This document shows, in pieces, positions 63,608 to 64,000 of a stretch of 64,000 nt of DNA. Where the stretch lies: contig JAHRHZ010000021.1 in assembly GCA_024137785.1 (NCBI GenBank), positions 29,957,476 through 30,021,475 of the forward strand, given 5' to 3'. The position numbers were made by a program, and so were the translations under genes. The notes beneath the pieces are model-generated. The model saw nothing but the letters and a program-made list of their open reading frames with translations, ran no database searches and was not told the origin of the DNA. Within the stretch, counting starts at the first letter, position 1, and each line of letters opens with the position of its first letter. This stretch comes from Ginglymostoma cirratum. Taxonomy: Eukaryota.

Positions 63608-63714
63608 TATCAGAAACAAAATTTAAAAATGCTTGAGAAACTCAGCAGGTCTCGCACCATCTGTGGAGAGAAAGCAGAATTAATGTTTCGGGTCCAGTGA
63701 TCCTTCTTCAGAAT
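63608..63714 (-). mobile_element. Solo Penelope terminal repeat with hammerhead core
   Basis: Minus strand reads CTGAAGA-A-GGATC-ACTG-GACCC-GAAA-CATTA. Same family as 5632-5870. Confidence 0.7.
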
Positions 63715-64000
63715 AGGCTGTCAGTGCCTGACCAGGTGCACAATGGCCGTTTAAAAATAGCACCGGGTTCAGAGATGCCAGTCTTTCAGGAATATCCGGA
63801 CAGTGGCAAGTACTTCCAGCTACAGCAAGTGGAAGAATCAGGCTAGCATCTGATGAGAGGAGGGCATCAGGGCAGTATGGTAGGTAGACAATGAGGTGAG
63901 TTTGGGATGATGGCATGAGAAATTTGGCTGACCCTCATAGAGAGAATTCCTCCATGGAACTTGAATATGACAATGGCCAAAAACAATTATGATTTGCCCA

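Overview
Vertebrate genomic DNA, very likely from a shark or other elasmobranch (inferred from the HE1/V-SINE, HER1/CR1, DeuSINE and Penelope repeat content). It is repeat-dense and contains four N-gaps. One host gene is recognisable: the 5' half of CCDC91 (p56, the GGA/AP-1 accessory protein) on the minus strand. It has a CpG-rich non-coding first exon near 35.8 kb and five coding exons (30572-30601, 28607-28685, 17396-17556, 8762-8968, 241-333) that splice in frame; the gene continues off the left edge. The rest is intron or intergenic sequence filled with nested, mostly decayed transposons (CR1, L2, RTE, Tx1, Gypsy, Tigger, Harbinger, SINEs), so nearly all ORF-track entries are TE debris or chance ORFs. 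The most unusual signal is a set of Penelope-derived fold-back cassettes carrying minimal hammerhead ribozyme cores. One (47600-48258) has a 15-bp TSD and holds a ~430-bp copy of nearby genomic DNA at its hairpin tip. Another (23281-24250) is a TSD-flanked, retrozyme-like LTR-insert-LTR unit. A minisatellite that appears to have amplified the CCDC91 exon-1 splice donor is also notable. Family and orthology calls come from motif recognition and recalled sequences, not database searches, and TE boundaries are approximate.
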